64,000 nt of DNA from a virus, in IMG/VR virus record IMGVR_UViG_3300037418_002743, positions 32,001 through 96,000 of that record; one strand, given 5' to 3'. The notes below the pieces were generated by a model. It was not told the origin of the DNA. It ran no database searches and saw only the letters and a list, made by a program, of their open reading frames with translations. A program made the position numbers and the translations under genes. Below are positions 1-8,276 of the stretch, one piece after another; the first letter of the stretch is position 1, and every line of letters begins with the position of its first letter.

Positions 1-278
1 AGATCGACCATGTGCTGATTGCGGGCCTTCGGGTCGGTGAACCAGCGGGCCGGATACACCTCCGCCTCGGCGACGGCGTTCGCGTTCGTCCTGATCGCGC
101 GGCTGCGGAGGCTCCGCCAGTGCGCGTCGGCGATCCGGTCCGCGCCGGGGGCGTCCCCGTGGACGAGCACGGGGAGCCCCACGGAGGCGTACGTAGCGAG
201 CGCGGTGTCGATCGCGTCCATGACGGTGCGGTAGTCCGTCCACCGGCGGGAGCCGGTGATGAGGATCCGGAGGGTCAC
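1..278 (-). CDS. SLOG-superfamily (DUF2493/YspA-like) protein, truncated by the window edge
   Basis: Manual translation from GTG at 278: VTLRILITGSRRWTDY...VLVHGDAPGADRIA...ARNQHMVD. The ITGSR, HGxAxGAD and RNxxM motifs are typical of DUF2493. Not in the ORF track. Confidence 0.75.
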   Translation of the reverse strand, partial: MTLRILITGSRRWTDYRTVMDAIDTALATYASVGLPVLVHGDAPGADRIADAHWRSLRSRAIRTNANAVAEAEVYPARWFTDPKARNQHMVD

Positions 279-514
279 CGCCGACCCCCCTTCCAGCGGG
301 GCGGGGCGGCGTCGAGGAGGCGCAGCCACCGGGTGATCTGCGGGACTCCGACCAGGCGGACCCCGAGGCGCCACCGCACCCGGCAGTCCCGCGGGCAGCG
401 CATGATCGTGCGGGGGCCGGCGGCCCGGTCCCAGTCCCGGACGGCGAGGCCGTGACACCCCGGGCAGAGGTGCGGAGTGTCGGTGTTCCGCTGCACCCAG
501 CGGGCGTCAGGCAC
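275..514 (-). CDS. Small Zn-ribbon-like hypothetical protein
   Basis: CPGC...CPRDC motif; overlaps its neighbours in operon fashion. Confidence 0.5.
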   Translation of the reverse strand: MPDARWVQRNTDTPHLCPGCHGLAVRDWDRAAGPRTIMRCPRDCRVRWRLGVRLVGVPQITRWLRLLDAAPPRWKGGRR

Positions 515-851
515 CGTCCGCCTCCCCTGCCAGGGCAGCCGCCGCCAGCTCGGGGTACCTCTGCACGAGCTCGACGACCCTCTTCCGCTCCCACTCCTCA
601 TGCCGGGCGGCGGCCGCTGCCTCCCGCCTCCGCCGATCCGCCACCTCCTCGTCGGTCGCGGGGCGCGTCCAGCCGACGAGCCCGGAGTGGATCGTCATGT
701 CCCCGAGCCTGTTATCCGGCGCGAGGTCCCGGAGGTGCGCGAGCAGCTGGTCGAGGGTCGGGACGCCGTCCCAGGTCAGCCGCATCGAGATCAGGTCGTT
801 GCCCTTCGACTGCCACGACCGCATGGGGTCGCGCCACTTCAGCTCAGCCAC
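507..851 (-). CDS. Hypothetical phage protein
   Basis: 114-aa ORF with protein-like composition, coupled to its neighbours. Confidence 0.6.
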   Translation of the reverse strand: MAELKWRDPMRSWQSKGNDLISMRLTWDGVPTLDQLLAHLRDLAPDNRLGDMTIHSGLVGWTRPATDEEVADRRRREAAAAARHEEWERKRVVELVQRYPELAAAALAGEADGA

Positions 852-1395
852 TGCAGCGCACCCCTTCCGGCGGGGTGGGCATGACGACGCGGGCGTGCCC
901 GTCGCGGTACCAGGTGCAGCCGTCGTGGCTGCAGAACACGGTGTGGTGGGTCGGGCAGCCCCGCAGGTAGTTGTGCACCGGGACGATCGACGGGCCGGCA
1001 GGGTCGGCGAGGGCGATCGACCCGGAATCGGAGCGCGGCCGCCCGTTCCAGGTCTCGATGACGTCCCGGCCGAGGTCCCGCACGACGTCGGCGATCCGCT
1101 GCAGCTCGCCCTCGGTGTAGCCGTTGGCCAGCTCCCAGCAGCGGTCGTCGAGGGCGGCCGGCCAGCGATAGACCTTGTGCACCACCTCGACGACGATCAC
1201 CGGCAGCCCGGCGGCGGCACCGCCGAGGCCGGACGGGACTAGGGATACCGAGCGGTTGACCGCGTCGCTGTAGACCGTGACCCCGAGGTGGTGCTGCACC
1301 CCGTCCGTGGGCTGCTCGGTCTCGTAGAGCCAGGTGAGCCCGGCAGCGAGAGCCGGGCGGAGCAGGTTGACGTCGATCGGCGGCGCGTCCGGCAC
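844..1395 (-). CDS. Hypothetical phage protein with Cys/His C-terminus (start uncertain)
   Basis: C-terminal part of ORF 844..1575; GCPTHHTVFCSHDGC motif. Confidence 0.55.
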   Translation of the reverse strand: MPDAPPIDVNLLRPALAAGLTWLYETEQPTDGVQHHLGVTVYSDAVNRSVSLVPSGLGGAAAGLPVIVVEVVHKVYRWPAALDDRCWELANGYTEGELQRIADVVRDLGRDVIETWNGRPRSDSGSIALADPAGPSIVPVHNYLRGCPTHHTVFCSHDGCTWYRDGHARVVMPTPPEGVRCSG

Positions 1396-1414
1396 CGGCA
1401 GGGACGTGGGGGCG

Positions 1415-1855
1415 TCAGTCCGCAAGGGGGTTCTCCTCGATGTCGTAGAGCCCGACCGCCTGCGCCTCGTCGACGAGCAGGCAAAGGTGGCAGGTGAGAC
1501 CGTCGATCCCGGGCCGCCGCTCCTTGCCGCACCTCTCGCAGGTGCCGCGGGCGGCGGCGACGGAGGCGCGGACAACCTGGCGAATCACCCGGCGCACGTT
1601 CCCGATCGACCCCGGAGCGACGTGCTGCTCGAGCAGCTCGGCGAGCTCGTCATCGGTCGGCCCGACCTCCCGCGGCACGGGCACGGCGGACGGGGCGTGG
1701 GCCCGCTCCCAGCAGTCGAGGAGCGCGTCGAGGGCGGCCGGGAGGATCAGGGCGGCCCCGGCCGGGATCGGGCGGCCTCCGCCGTTCTGGCGGCCGAGAG
1801 TCGCGGCCTCCCTGAGCACGGGGACGGGCACGCCGGCGGGTGGATCAGGCAGCAC
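1415..1855 (-). CDS. Hypothetical protein with C-terminal Zn finger
   Basis: CERC...CHLC. Confidence 0.55.
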   Translation of the reverse strand: MLPDPPAGVPVPVLREAATLGRQNGGGRPIPAGAALILPAALDALLDCWERAHAPSAVPVPREVGPTDDELAELLEQHVAPGSIGNVRRVIRQVVRASVAAARGTCERCGKERRPGIDGLTCHLCLLVDEAQAVGLYDIEENPLAD

Positions 1856-2186
1856 GGCCGGTCACCGCCTGGTACGTGTCGGCGCAGCACAGCTCGGAAC
1901 AGCAGGCGTGCTTGACCCGGATGAACTGACCGGTGCGGGCCCACAACGCGAACTGGTCCGGATCGGGGTGCGGGAGCCGGTGCTCGCAGATCCGGTAGAA
2001 CGCCTTGACGGTCTGCAGCCAGATGAGCGGCCAGGCACGCATCCCGTGATCGGTCGGGTGGTGGATCACGCACGGCTCGTCCGCGCAGATGTCCGGGGCG
2101 TGGACGTCCTTGAGCAGGAGGTTCCCGCAGAACGCCTCCGACCCCAGCACGACGAAGACGTCGTGCCGGGGGCCGGAGACGCTCAC
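1845..2186 (-). CDS. Cys/His-rich actinophage hypothetical protein
   Basis: CVIHHPTDH and RICEHxxxHPDPD motifs. Confidence 0.6.
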   Translation of the reverse strand: MSVSGPRHDVFVVLGSEAFCGNLLLKDVHAPDICADEPCVIHHPTDHGMRAWPLIWLQTVKAFYRICEHRLPHPDPDQFALWARTGQFIRVKHACCSELCCADTYQAVTGRAA

Positions 2187-2416
2187 CGCGTGCCGCCGGT
2201 GAGCCGGATCGAGCGGGCCTCGCCGGGGGTGCGGGTGATGCGGCCCTTCCGCTGCAGCTCGTCGAGCTGGTAGGCGACCGTGGAGAGCGACGAGAGCCCG
2301 GTGTGGGCGGCGATCTCGCGGACCGACGGGGAGTAGCCGACCTCACCGATCCGGGCCCGGATGTAGTCGAGGATCCGGGTCTGCCGCTCCGTGAGCGCGG
2401 GCGCCGGCGCGGTCAC
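2183..2416 (-). CDS. LexA N-terminal DNA-binding domain protein (no peptidase domain)
   Basis: LTERQTRILDYI...GYSPSVREIAAHTGLSSLSTVAYQLDELQRKGRITRTPGEARSI is a textbook LexA wHTH; the protein ends at 77 aa. Confidence 0.85.
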   Translation of the reverse strand: MTAPAPALTERQTRILDYIRARIGEVGYSPSVREIAAHTGLSSLSTVAYQLDELQRKGRITRTPGEARSIRLTGGTR

Positions 2417-3288
2417 TGCTCGTCCTTCGTGGGCTCCTCGGGGAGCCAGTACATCCCGAAGTCGGGGTGGTCCTTCTCGGTGCGCTTCCCGCCGCCCTGC
2501 AGTACGCCGGCCTTCACCAGCTCCGCGCAGGCGTTCGGGATGCGGGTCGACAGCCGCCCGTCCTCGGTCTCCTTCGGGTAGCCGAGGTTCTTCCGGACGT
2601 TCTCCGGGGACATCCGGATCCCGCGCGGCAGGCTCTCGAAGAACGCCTGGACGTCACGGCGGGTCTGCTCCGCGCGGCTGATCGGCTTCTCCGTGGAGGC
2701 GGCGGGGAGCCCTGCCTCCAGCTCGCTGATCCGCTTCTCCGCGGCGGTGAGGTCCTTGCGGAGGCTCCGGATCTCGCGGACGTCGGCGGCCTGCTTGGTC
2801 TCCAGCGCGGTGACCCTGCTGCGCAGCTCGGAGAGGGTCCCCTCGGCGGGGAGCCGCTTCTCGACCTCCGCGAGGAGGCCGAACAGGGTGTCGAGCTTCT
2901 CCTCGATCTCGTCGTTCGTGGGGACCGTCGGCAGCTTCAGTGGTGGGGGGAGCGAGACTGCTGCGCGCTGCTTCGGCATGACTGCGGGGGTCGACATGGC
3001 AGTGTCGTCCTTCTCGTGGGAGGGATGGGGCGGGGGAGCCGGCCGCTCGGCCTTCGGGGAGGCGGCGTCCGGGTAGAGATCCCAGCCGGAGCGGCGCAGC
3101 TGGGAGATGATGTTCGGTAGCTCGGTGCCGCCGCGGATGCGGCCCGGGACCCTGATCGGGGCGCGGTCCACAGCCTGATCCCGCGGGTAGACCAGGAAGG
3201 ACCCGGAGGACATGTCGCGGGTCTTCGCCCCGAGCCCGTCAAGCCGGGACTTGATCTCCGGGGCTGTCAGCGCCTTCCGGCTGGCCAT
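2413..3288 (-). CDS. Multidomain protein: HicA-like N-terminus, coiled coil, C-terminal wHTH-like domain
   Basis: ATG at 3288 (MASRKALT...); heptad-like LRSRVTALETKQ...LEAGL region; possible internal start at 2997. Confidence 0.6.
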   Translation of the reverse strand: MASRKALTAPEIKSRLDGLGAKTRDMSSGSFLVYPRDQAVDRAPIRVPGRIRGGTELPNIISQLRRSGWDLYPDAASPKAERPAPPPHPSHEKDDTAMSTPAVMPKQRAAVSLPPPLKLPTVPTNDEIEEKLDTLFGLLAEVEKRLPAEGTLSELRSRVTALETKQAADVREIRSLRKDLTAAEKRISELEAGLPAASTEKPISRAEQTRRDVQAFFESLPRGIRMSPENVRKNLGYPKETEDGRLSTRIPNACAELVKAGVLQGGGKRTEKDHPDFGMYWLPEEPTKDEQ

Positions 3289-3353
3289 CCGGGGTCCCTT
3301 CCTGATCGGGGTGATGGGGTGCTCGTTGCCCGGCGATAGATCCCACTGGGGCA

Positions 3354-3860
3354 TCAGCGGTCCGGGTCGTCGCAGCAGCCCGCGCCCTTCACGTGCCGCA
3401 GCACCGCGGCGCGGACGTAGAACAGGCCGTGGTCCCCGCCAGGGCGGGTCCGCTGGGTGTGCTCGGACGGCGGCTCGTAGCCCTCGGGGGTGGTGGCGGC
3501 CGGGCCCTTCCAGTAGCGCCGCACGGGCCGCCCGGGCACCTCGCTGACCGACCACTCCCGGTCGAGCACGATCCCGACGCTCCAGTACCCGCGGATCTGG
3601 TTGAAGTCGACGTCGCGGACGGTCGCGAGGGCGCCGGGGACGAGGCACTCCCGGTAGCGCCACCAGCCGGAATGCTGCTCGATCTGCATCCCCCGCTTGC
3701 GGATCCGCACCCGACAGCCGGGCCCGTAGTCGATCCCGGCCTTGCGGATCGCCCAGGCCCGGATCGCCTCCGCCTTCCGCTGCTCCGAGCGGAGGTTGCC
3801 GAAGTCGATGCGGTCGAGCGCGGCGAGCAGCTCCGCCGGGTCCTTGATCGTGTCGGTCAT
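3354..3860 (-). CDS. Hypothetical phage protein
   Basis: MTDTIKDP..., overlaps the stop of the upstream gene. Confidence 0.6.
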   Translation of the reverse strand: MTDTIKDPAELLAALDRIDFGNLRSEQRKAEAIRAWAIRKAGIDYGPGCRVRIRKRGMQIEQHSGWWRYRECLVPGALATVRDVDFNQIRGYWSVGIVLDREWSVSEVPGRPVRRYWKGPAATTPEGYEPPSEHTQRTRPGGDHGLFYVRAAVLRHVKGAGCCDDPDR

Positions 3861-4225
3861 CCGCTGATCGCCTTCCATCCGACGGCCGGGGTGAGGGTGC
3901 CGCCGTGGTCGAGCGCGGCGAGGATGTTCGCGGAGCGGGAGAAGCGGCGGGAGTAGCCGGTCATCCCGAGCTGCCGCACCTCATCGGCCCGCCGCCGGAG
4001 CCGGGCGACGTACTCGACCCGGAAGGACGGGTCGACGAACGCGCGGATCTCGTCGGTCTCGAGGTAGGCGTGCATCGCGTCCCGCTCCGCGTCCCGGTCG
4101 ATCTCGTCGCAGCGGGCGAGGAGCGCGGCCAGGGCGGCGCGGTGCTGGTTGAGCCGGTGCGCGAGGCGGTCGCACTCCGCGGCGAGCCGGGCCCGCTCCC
4201 CTGCCTGCTCCGCGGTCTCAGGCAT
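3857..4225 (-). CDS. Hypothetical phage protein
   Basis: 122-aa ORF coupled to lsr2. Confidence 0.6.
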   Translation of the reverse strand: MPETAEQAGERARLAAECDRLAHRLNQHRAALAALLARCDEIDRDAERDAMHAYLETDEIRAFVDPSFRVEYVARLRRRADEVRQLGMTGYSRRFSRSANILAALDHGGTLTPAVGWKAISG

Positions 4226-4565
4226 CGAGGCTCGCCGCGTACTTGTCGAGGACGTCCTTCGGGATCCGGCCGCGCTCGGCGACCTTGATCCCGTGCTTCG
4301 ACGCCCACTCCCGGATCGCGGAGTTCGCCTCCCGGGAGGCCTGCACCTGCCGGTAGGTGCGGGCCGGCGGGGCGGCGGTGCGGCGGCGGCCGGAGCGGGT
4401 CCGGGCGGCGAGGATGTAGGGCTGCAGGATGTCCCGCAGCTGCCGGGCCTTCGGGGCGGCGAGGTCGATCTCGTAGGTCTTGCCGTCGACGCCGAACTCG
4501 ACGGTCTCGTCGGCGGCCTTCCCGTCGAGGTCGTCGACGAGGGTGATGCTGGTGACCTTGGCCAT
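4218..4565 (-). CDS. lsr2: Lsr2-family nucleoid-associated/xenogeneic silencing protein
   Basis: MAKVTSITLVDDLDG..ADETVEFGVDGKTYEIDL...IREWA..HGIKVAERGRIPKDVLDKY; RBS GAAAGGA. Confidence 0.95.
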   Translation of the reverse strand: MAKVTSITLVDDLDGKAADETVEFGVDGKTYEIDLAAPKARQLRDILQPYILAARTRSGRRRTAAPPARTYRQVQASREANSAIREWASKHGIKVAERGRIPKDVLDKYAASLDA

Positions 4566-4796
4566 CAGGGCGGTCCTTTCGCTCAGGGGATGGGGTGAAG
4601 GTCGGCGGGGTCCCAGTCGTGCCAGGACTCCCCGGACCGGGAGCGGTGCCCGAGTGAGGGCGGGTGCGATGCCCCGCGACGGCACCGCTCCCGCGGCGCC
4701 CAGGGGCACTCCTGCCGGCACCGCGGGATCGGGGTGATCAGGGCGCGGACGGCCCAGGCGGTGAGCATCACCGCGCCCAGGGCGTAGGCGGCGCGG

Positions 4797-5045
4797 TCAC
4801 GCGGACCGAGGCGGCTCGACGAGCTCTCCGGCGGGGTCACGGGTCACGCAGCCGACGTGGAAGACGGCGACGACGCGGGACTCGCCGATGACGATCCCTC
4901 CGGGGATGTCCCGCTCGAGCTGGAGGGCGAGGGTGAAGTGGTCTTCGTCGAGTCGGGCGGGGTGGCCGCAGTGTCGGCAGTCCGCGACCGGTGGTGGTGC
5001 GTCTGGGTCGTCGGGGTCGAGCCCGACGTGGGGGTGGTGGGGCAC
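4797..5045 (-). CDS. Small hypothetical protein (CxxC...HxxC)
   Basis: RBS AGGAGG before GTG; CRHC and FHVGC motifs. Confidence 0.45.
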   Translation of the reverse strand: MPHHPHVGLDPDDPDAPPPVADCRHCGHPARLDEDHFTLALQLERDIPGGIVIGESRVVAVFHVGCVTRDPAGELVEPPRSA

Positions 5046-5665
5046 GGGTCCTCCTGGCGCCGGTGGCGGCCGCGGTAGCCCTCCTGGGGGGCCCGGTCGG
5101 GGTCCCCTTCGGCGCGGGCGTGCCGCGGGCGGTGCCCGGTCGGCGCGGGTGACGGGGCGGGCTCCGGGGCCGGCGTGGGCTCTGCCGCGGGGGCGGGCTC
5201 GGCCGGGCGGGAGGTGCGCGCCGGGGTGGGTGCCGGCCGGGCGGGCGGCGCCTCAGGGAGCGCGGCGTCGTCCGCCCGGCGGCGTGCGGGAGCGGCGGGT
5301 GCTGCCGCTGTCGTGGTCTCCGGCGTGACCTGGGCGGCGCGGGTGATGAGCAGGACCGTGCCGGGCGCGGGCCGGCGGGTGCCGCCGGAGGTGACGACGC
5401 GGACGACGGCCTCCTGCGCCCGGGCGGTCCCGGTCGACACGGGCGGCGCGTCGGGGAGGGTGATCCCGGGGTAGGCGCCCGACGTGGTGGGCTCCGCGGA
5501 GGTCTGCGCGGCGTCGCGGGGCTGCGTGGTGATGAGGGTCGTGACGGCGATCCCGGCGAGGGCGACGGCGGTGACGACCGGGCCGGCGGTCGGGTGGCTC
5601 TTGGTGTGCCAGGTGTGCCGGCCGCGGGCGGCGCGGGTGTGGCGGAGACGGTGCCGGCCGCTCAC
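4844..5665 (-). CDS. Pro/Ala-rich single-TM hypothetical protein
   Basis: GTG at 5665; hydrophobic VVTAVALAGIAVTTLI segment; 3' end overlaps 4797..5045, so the boundary is uncertain. Confidence 0.4.
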   Translation of the reverse strand: MSGRHRLRHTRAARGRHTWHTKSHPTAGPVVTAVALAGIAVTTLITTQPRDAAQTSAEPTTSGAYPGITLPDAPPVSTGTARAQEAVVRVVTSGGTRRPAPGTVLLITRAAQVTPETTTAAAPAAPARRRADDAALPEAPPARPAPTPARTSRPAEPAPAAEPTPAPEPAPSPAPTGHRPRHARAEGDPDRAPQEGYRGRHRRQEDPCPTTPTSGSTPTTQTHHHRSRTADTAATPPDSTKTTSPSPSSSSGTSPEGSSSASPASSPSSTSAA

Positions 5666-5958
5666 GGGATCTTCACCTCCCGCGCGGAGAGCACGGTGCC
5701 GGCGCGGAGCACGGCCTCGTCCAGGGCGACGCGGGCCTCGACGATCGCGACGAGGGCGTGCGCGGCCTCGGTGTCGTGGCGGCCCGCGAGGACGGCCCAG
5801 TCGCACGTGTCGGCGAGGGCGCGGGTGAGCGGGTCGATCGCGGCGGCGACCTGGCCCTGCACGCCGAGGGCGCGGCGGACGGGGTCGGGGTGGTCGAGGA
5901 GGTAGCGGGCTGCCGGGCGGTCTTCGGCCGGCGGCATGGGGAAGTCGATCAGGCTCAT
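5662..5958 (-). CDS. Hypothetical phage protein
   Basis: MSLIDFPM..., preceded by the CCCTCCC-GAAGG leader. Confidence 0.6.
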   Translation of the reverse strand: MSLIDFPMPPAEDRPAARYLLDHPDPVRRALGVQGQVAAAIDPLTRALADTCDWAVLAGRHDTEAAHALVAIVEARVALDEAVLRAGTVLSAREVKIP

Positions 5959-5993
5959 GGCAGTGGCCTTCGAGGGAGGGATGGGATGGAGGG

Positions 5994-6425
5994 TCATGCG
6001 ATGCGGGTGGACTCCCGCTCCCAGGCGGCCGCGAAGGAGGCGGCCCGGGGGTCGTTGGGGCGTCGCTCGGCGTGGACCGCGATGACGCGGCGGACCCCGT
6101 CGGGGGTGTGCCCGAGGGTGCGGGCGAAGCGCGAGGGGGGGTAGCCGAGGGTGAGCCCGAAGTGCTCCCACTCCTGGAGGATGTGGACCGCGTCCATGCC
6201 GCCGCCGAGCTTCGCGGCGGGACCGTCCTCGGGGTGAGCCTTCTTCTGGCGCGTCTCCTGGGTGGCGCGCTGGCATTGCTTGCACTGGTTACTGCTGCCG
6301 GGGAAGTGCTTGTTCACGCAGCGTCGCGTTTGGGTGCGTGAGCGGTGCATCGGCTTGTGGCACTTCGGGCACGTCGTGAGCGTGGCCTCGATACACGGGG
6401 CAGGGGCCAATTTGGGCGCGGTCAT
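5994..6425 (-). CDS. Zn-finger plus HTH-like putative transcription regulator
   Basis: CPKC...CKQC, then PSRFARTLGHTPDGVRRVI HTH-like; first gene after the palindromic promoter at 6493. Confidence 0.6.
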   Translation of the reverse strand: MTAPKLAPAPCIEATLTTCPKCHKPMHRSRTQTRRCVNKHFPGSSNQCKQCQRATQETRQKKAHPEDGPAAKLGGGMDAVHILQEWEHFGLTLGYPPSRFARTLGHTPDGVRRVIAVHAERRPNDPRAASFAAAWERESTRIA

Positions 6426-6488
6426 GGCAGTGACCAGGCCTTTCCGTAGGGAGGGAAGGGGCGGATGGGGTATCGGACTGACTACTCT

Positions 6489-6516
6489 ATGTTACCGCGA
6501 TGTGCGGCGACGTCAA
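6489..6516 (-). promoter_or_regulatory. Palindromic-spacer promoter copy (TTGACG-16-TAACAT)
   Basis: Operator-like taccgcgatgtgcggcg at 6493-6509. Confidence 0.7.
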
Positions 6517-6692
6517 CGTTCTGTTCGGTGCTATCGACACTATAGGTGGACGCTATGTAATCCAACCTTTACGGTGCGCGGTGTCATGAGAGCCGTATCT
6601 ATTGCGACGCAGCAACCATCACCACGTGTGAGTGACAAGTCGGAGAGGTGACTCCGGGTCACTCCCCCGGCTTTGCGTGCACCCCGTCCGGT

Positions 6693-6729
6693 CATACGGT
6701 TACCCTACCGTGTCGTGCGGTAGCGTCAA
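6693..6729 (-). promoter_or_regulatory. Palindromic-spacer promoter copy with an ATG 6 nt after the -10
   Basis: TTGACG-CTACCGCACGACACGG-TAGGGT-AACCGT-ATG(6695). Confidence 0.65.
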
Positions 6730-6755
6730 GTGATGATAATTCCGACTGATGCGGA

Positions 6756-6771
6756 TCGAACACGTGTTCGA
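6756..6771. promoter_or_regulatory. Actinobacterial LexA (SOS) box
   Basis: Perfect TCGAAC-ACGT-GTTCGA, directly abutting a TACAGT -10 (6772-6777). Confidence 0.85.
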
Positions 6772-6783
6772 TACAGTGCTCGG

Positions 6784-7065
6784 GTGCCGCACCCGTACGA
6801 CGAGCGCGCCGCCGCCCAGCGGATCGCGGAGCGCGACTACCTCAACGAGGCCGCTCACCGGCTCCGCCGGCGGGCGATCGCCGACGGGTACGCAGGCATC
6901 CGCGGCCAGGACACCGCCCTTGCCTTCGCCGCGGCGATGGAGTCCTGCGCCCGCGGCTCCGACCCGCGAGGGGACCTCATGAGCGCAGCCCGCCGGATCC
7001 TCGAGGGACCCGACGGGCCGGGAGACGCACGCAGCGGAGGCGCCGCGCTCACGAAGGGCTGGTGA
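6784..7065 (+). CDS. Putative SOS-inducible leaderless hypothetical protein
   Basis: GTG at 6784 lies 6 nt after the -10 next to the SOS box; in frame with ORF 6730..7065. Confidence 0.6.
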   Translation: MPHPYDERAAAQRIAERDYLNEAAHRLRRRAIADGYAGIRGQDTALAFAAAMESCARGSDPRGDLMSAARRILEGPDGPGDARSGGAALTKGW

Positions 7066-7453
7066 GCCGGTCCGCCCGGAGCCCGGGCAACGCCGGACAC
7101 TCCGTTGAGGTGATCCGCAGCTCCGCCGCCTGCACCCACCACTCCCACGCCGCCCGGTCCGGGATGCAGTAGTCCGTCATGATGTCGCCCTCCCGGTCGA
7201 GGACGTCGAGCACGGCATAGTGGTCGCGGCACCTGGATGCGTACGGGCCCGTCGTGGCCGACGCGGTCGACCAGTTCGAGCACCGCACCCCGGCCGCGCG
7301 GGACGCATCAAGCAGTCTCCCCACTGCGTCCAGCCCGGTCGTCTCCAGAACGGCGCGGTAGGCGATTCCGTGGCGCCGCCCGTGCTCCTGGCAGCCGCGG
7401 AAAGCGCCGAAGGTGTAGGCCGCGCGGCCCTCCTCGTTCAGGTCGCGGCTCAT
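7049..7453 (-). CDS. Hypothetical phage protein
   Basis: MSRDLNEEG..., ATGA overlap with the hicA-like gene. Confidence 0.6.
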   Translation of the reverse strand: MSRDLNEEGRAAYTFGAFRGCQEHGRRHGIAYRAVLETTGLDAVGRLLDASRAAGVRCSNWSTASATTGPYASRCRDHYAVLDVLDREGDIMTDYCIPDRAAWEWWVQAAELRITSTECPALPGLRADRLTSPS

Positions 7454-7710
7454 GACGCCATCCTGCCGGGCTTCTTGCCGACCGGCGGCCAGACGAGGCC
7501 GGCGCGGCGGAGGTCCGCGATCAGGTTCGCGACGCCGCGGTGATCGGAGTTCGTGCACGGGCACACCGCGACGATCCGGCCGCGCGGGTCCCGGATCCGG
7601 GGGTGCCCGCCGCCCTTGCTCGCGTCGACGGAGAAGCCCTTGCTGACGGCCTCTTGCACTACCCGGCGGGCGTCCTTGTCGCGGATGAGGCGGAGTCCGT
7701 GTCTGCTCAT
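7450..7710 (-). CDS. hicA: HicA-like toxin/RNase domain protein
   Basis: DARRVVQEAVSKGFSV..SKGGGHPRIRDPRGRIV..PCTNSDHRGVANLIADLRRAG; HicA fold with the conserved GxH His. Confidence 0.7.
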   Translation of the reverse strand: MSRHGLRLIRDKDARRVVQEAVSKGFSVDASKGGGHPRIRDPRGRIVAVCPCTNSDHRGVANLIADLRRAGLVWPPVGKKPGRMAS

Positions 7711-8069
7711 CGGGCACCGCCGGCGGGGAGCGCGGGCTCCGCGCCGATGACGGAGCCGTCGACGACGGCCGGGTAGCCGTCGAGGCGGAGCCCCTCGACG
7801 AGGCGGGCGACGTCGTCCTCGGACCAGCAGACATGCTCGCGGGCGAACGCGAGGACGTCGGCCATCGTGCGGACCTCGTCGAGGTCGGCGGGGCCGCCGT
7901 ACTCCTCGAACGGGGAGGTGCAGGAGCAGCCGGTCGTCCAGCCGATGAAGTACCGGCCGGCGGCGTCGTCGGCGAAGATCGTGATCTGGTCGTACTCGTA
8001 GCCGCCGATGCGGTCGTGGTTCTTGTGGATCCGCAGGCCGTACTTCTCGGGGTTGAAGTAGAGGTTCAC
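7707..8069 (-). CDS. Conserved actinophage hypothetical protein
   Basis: YEYDQ...GCSCTSPFE motif; strong RBS GAGGAG. Confidence 0.7.
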   Translation of the reverse strand: MNLYFNPEKYGLRIHKNHDRIGGYEYDQITIFADDAAGRYFIGWTTGCSCTSPFEEYGGPADLDEVRTMADVLAFAREHVCWSEDDVARLVEGLRLDGYPAVVDGSVIGAEPALPAGGAR

Positions 8070-8087
8070 GTCTCTCCTCGGGAGGGA

Positions 8088-8109
8088 AGGGCCGCTGGCA
8101 GGCGGCTCT
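8088..8109 (-). promoter_or_regulatory. CUGCCA-loop leader hairpin
   Basis: AGAGCCGC-CTGCCA-GCGGCCCT, then TCCCTCCC and the RBS. Confidence 0.65.
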
Positions 8110-8178
8110 CTGTCTCTTGTCTACCCGGCGGCACCGACGGTTCCTCCGCCGACGCGCCGGGCCTTTCGTGGTATCTCC

Positions 8179-8206
8179 ACCGTACCGTATGACGCGGCAT
8201 CGTCAA
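8179..8206 (-). promoter_or_regulatory. Palindromic-spacer promoter copy
   Basis: TTGACG-ATGCCGCGTCATACGG-TACGGT. Confidence 0.65.
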
Positions 8207-8276
8207 CACTTATTAACAACGGTGCCGCCCCCGGCGGGTGCGGGGGCGGCGGGGAGCGGACGGTCCGGGCGCGGCC

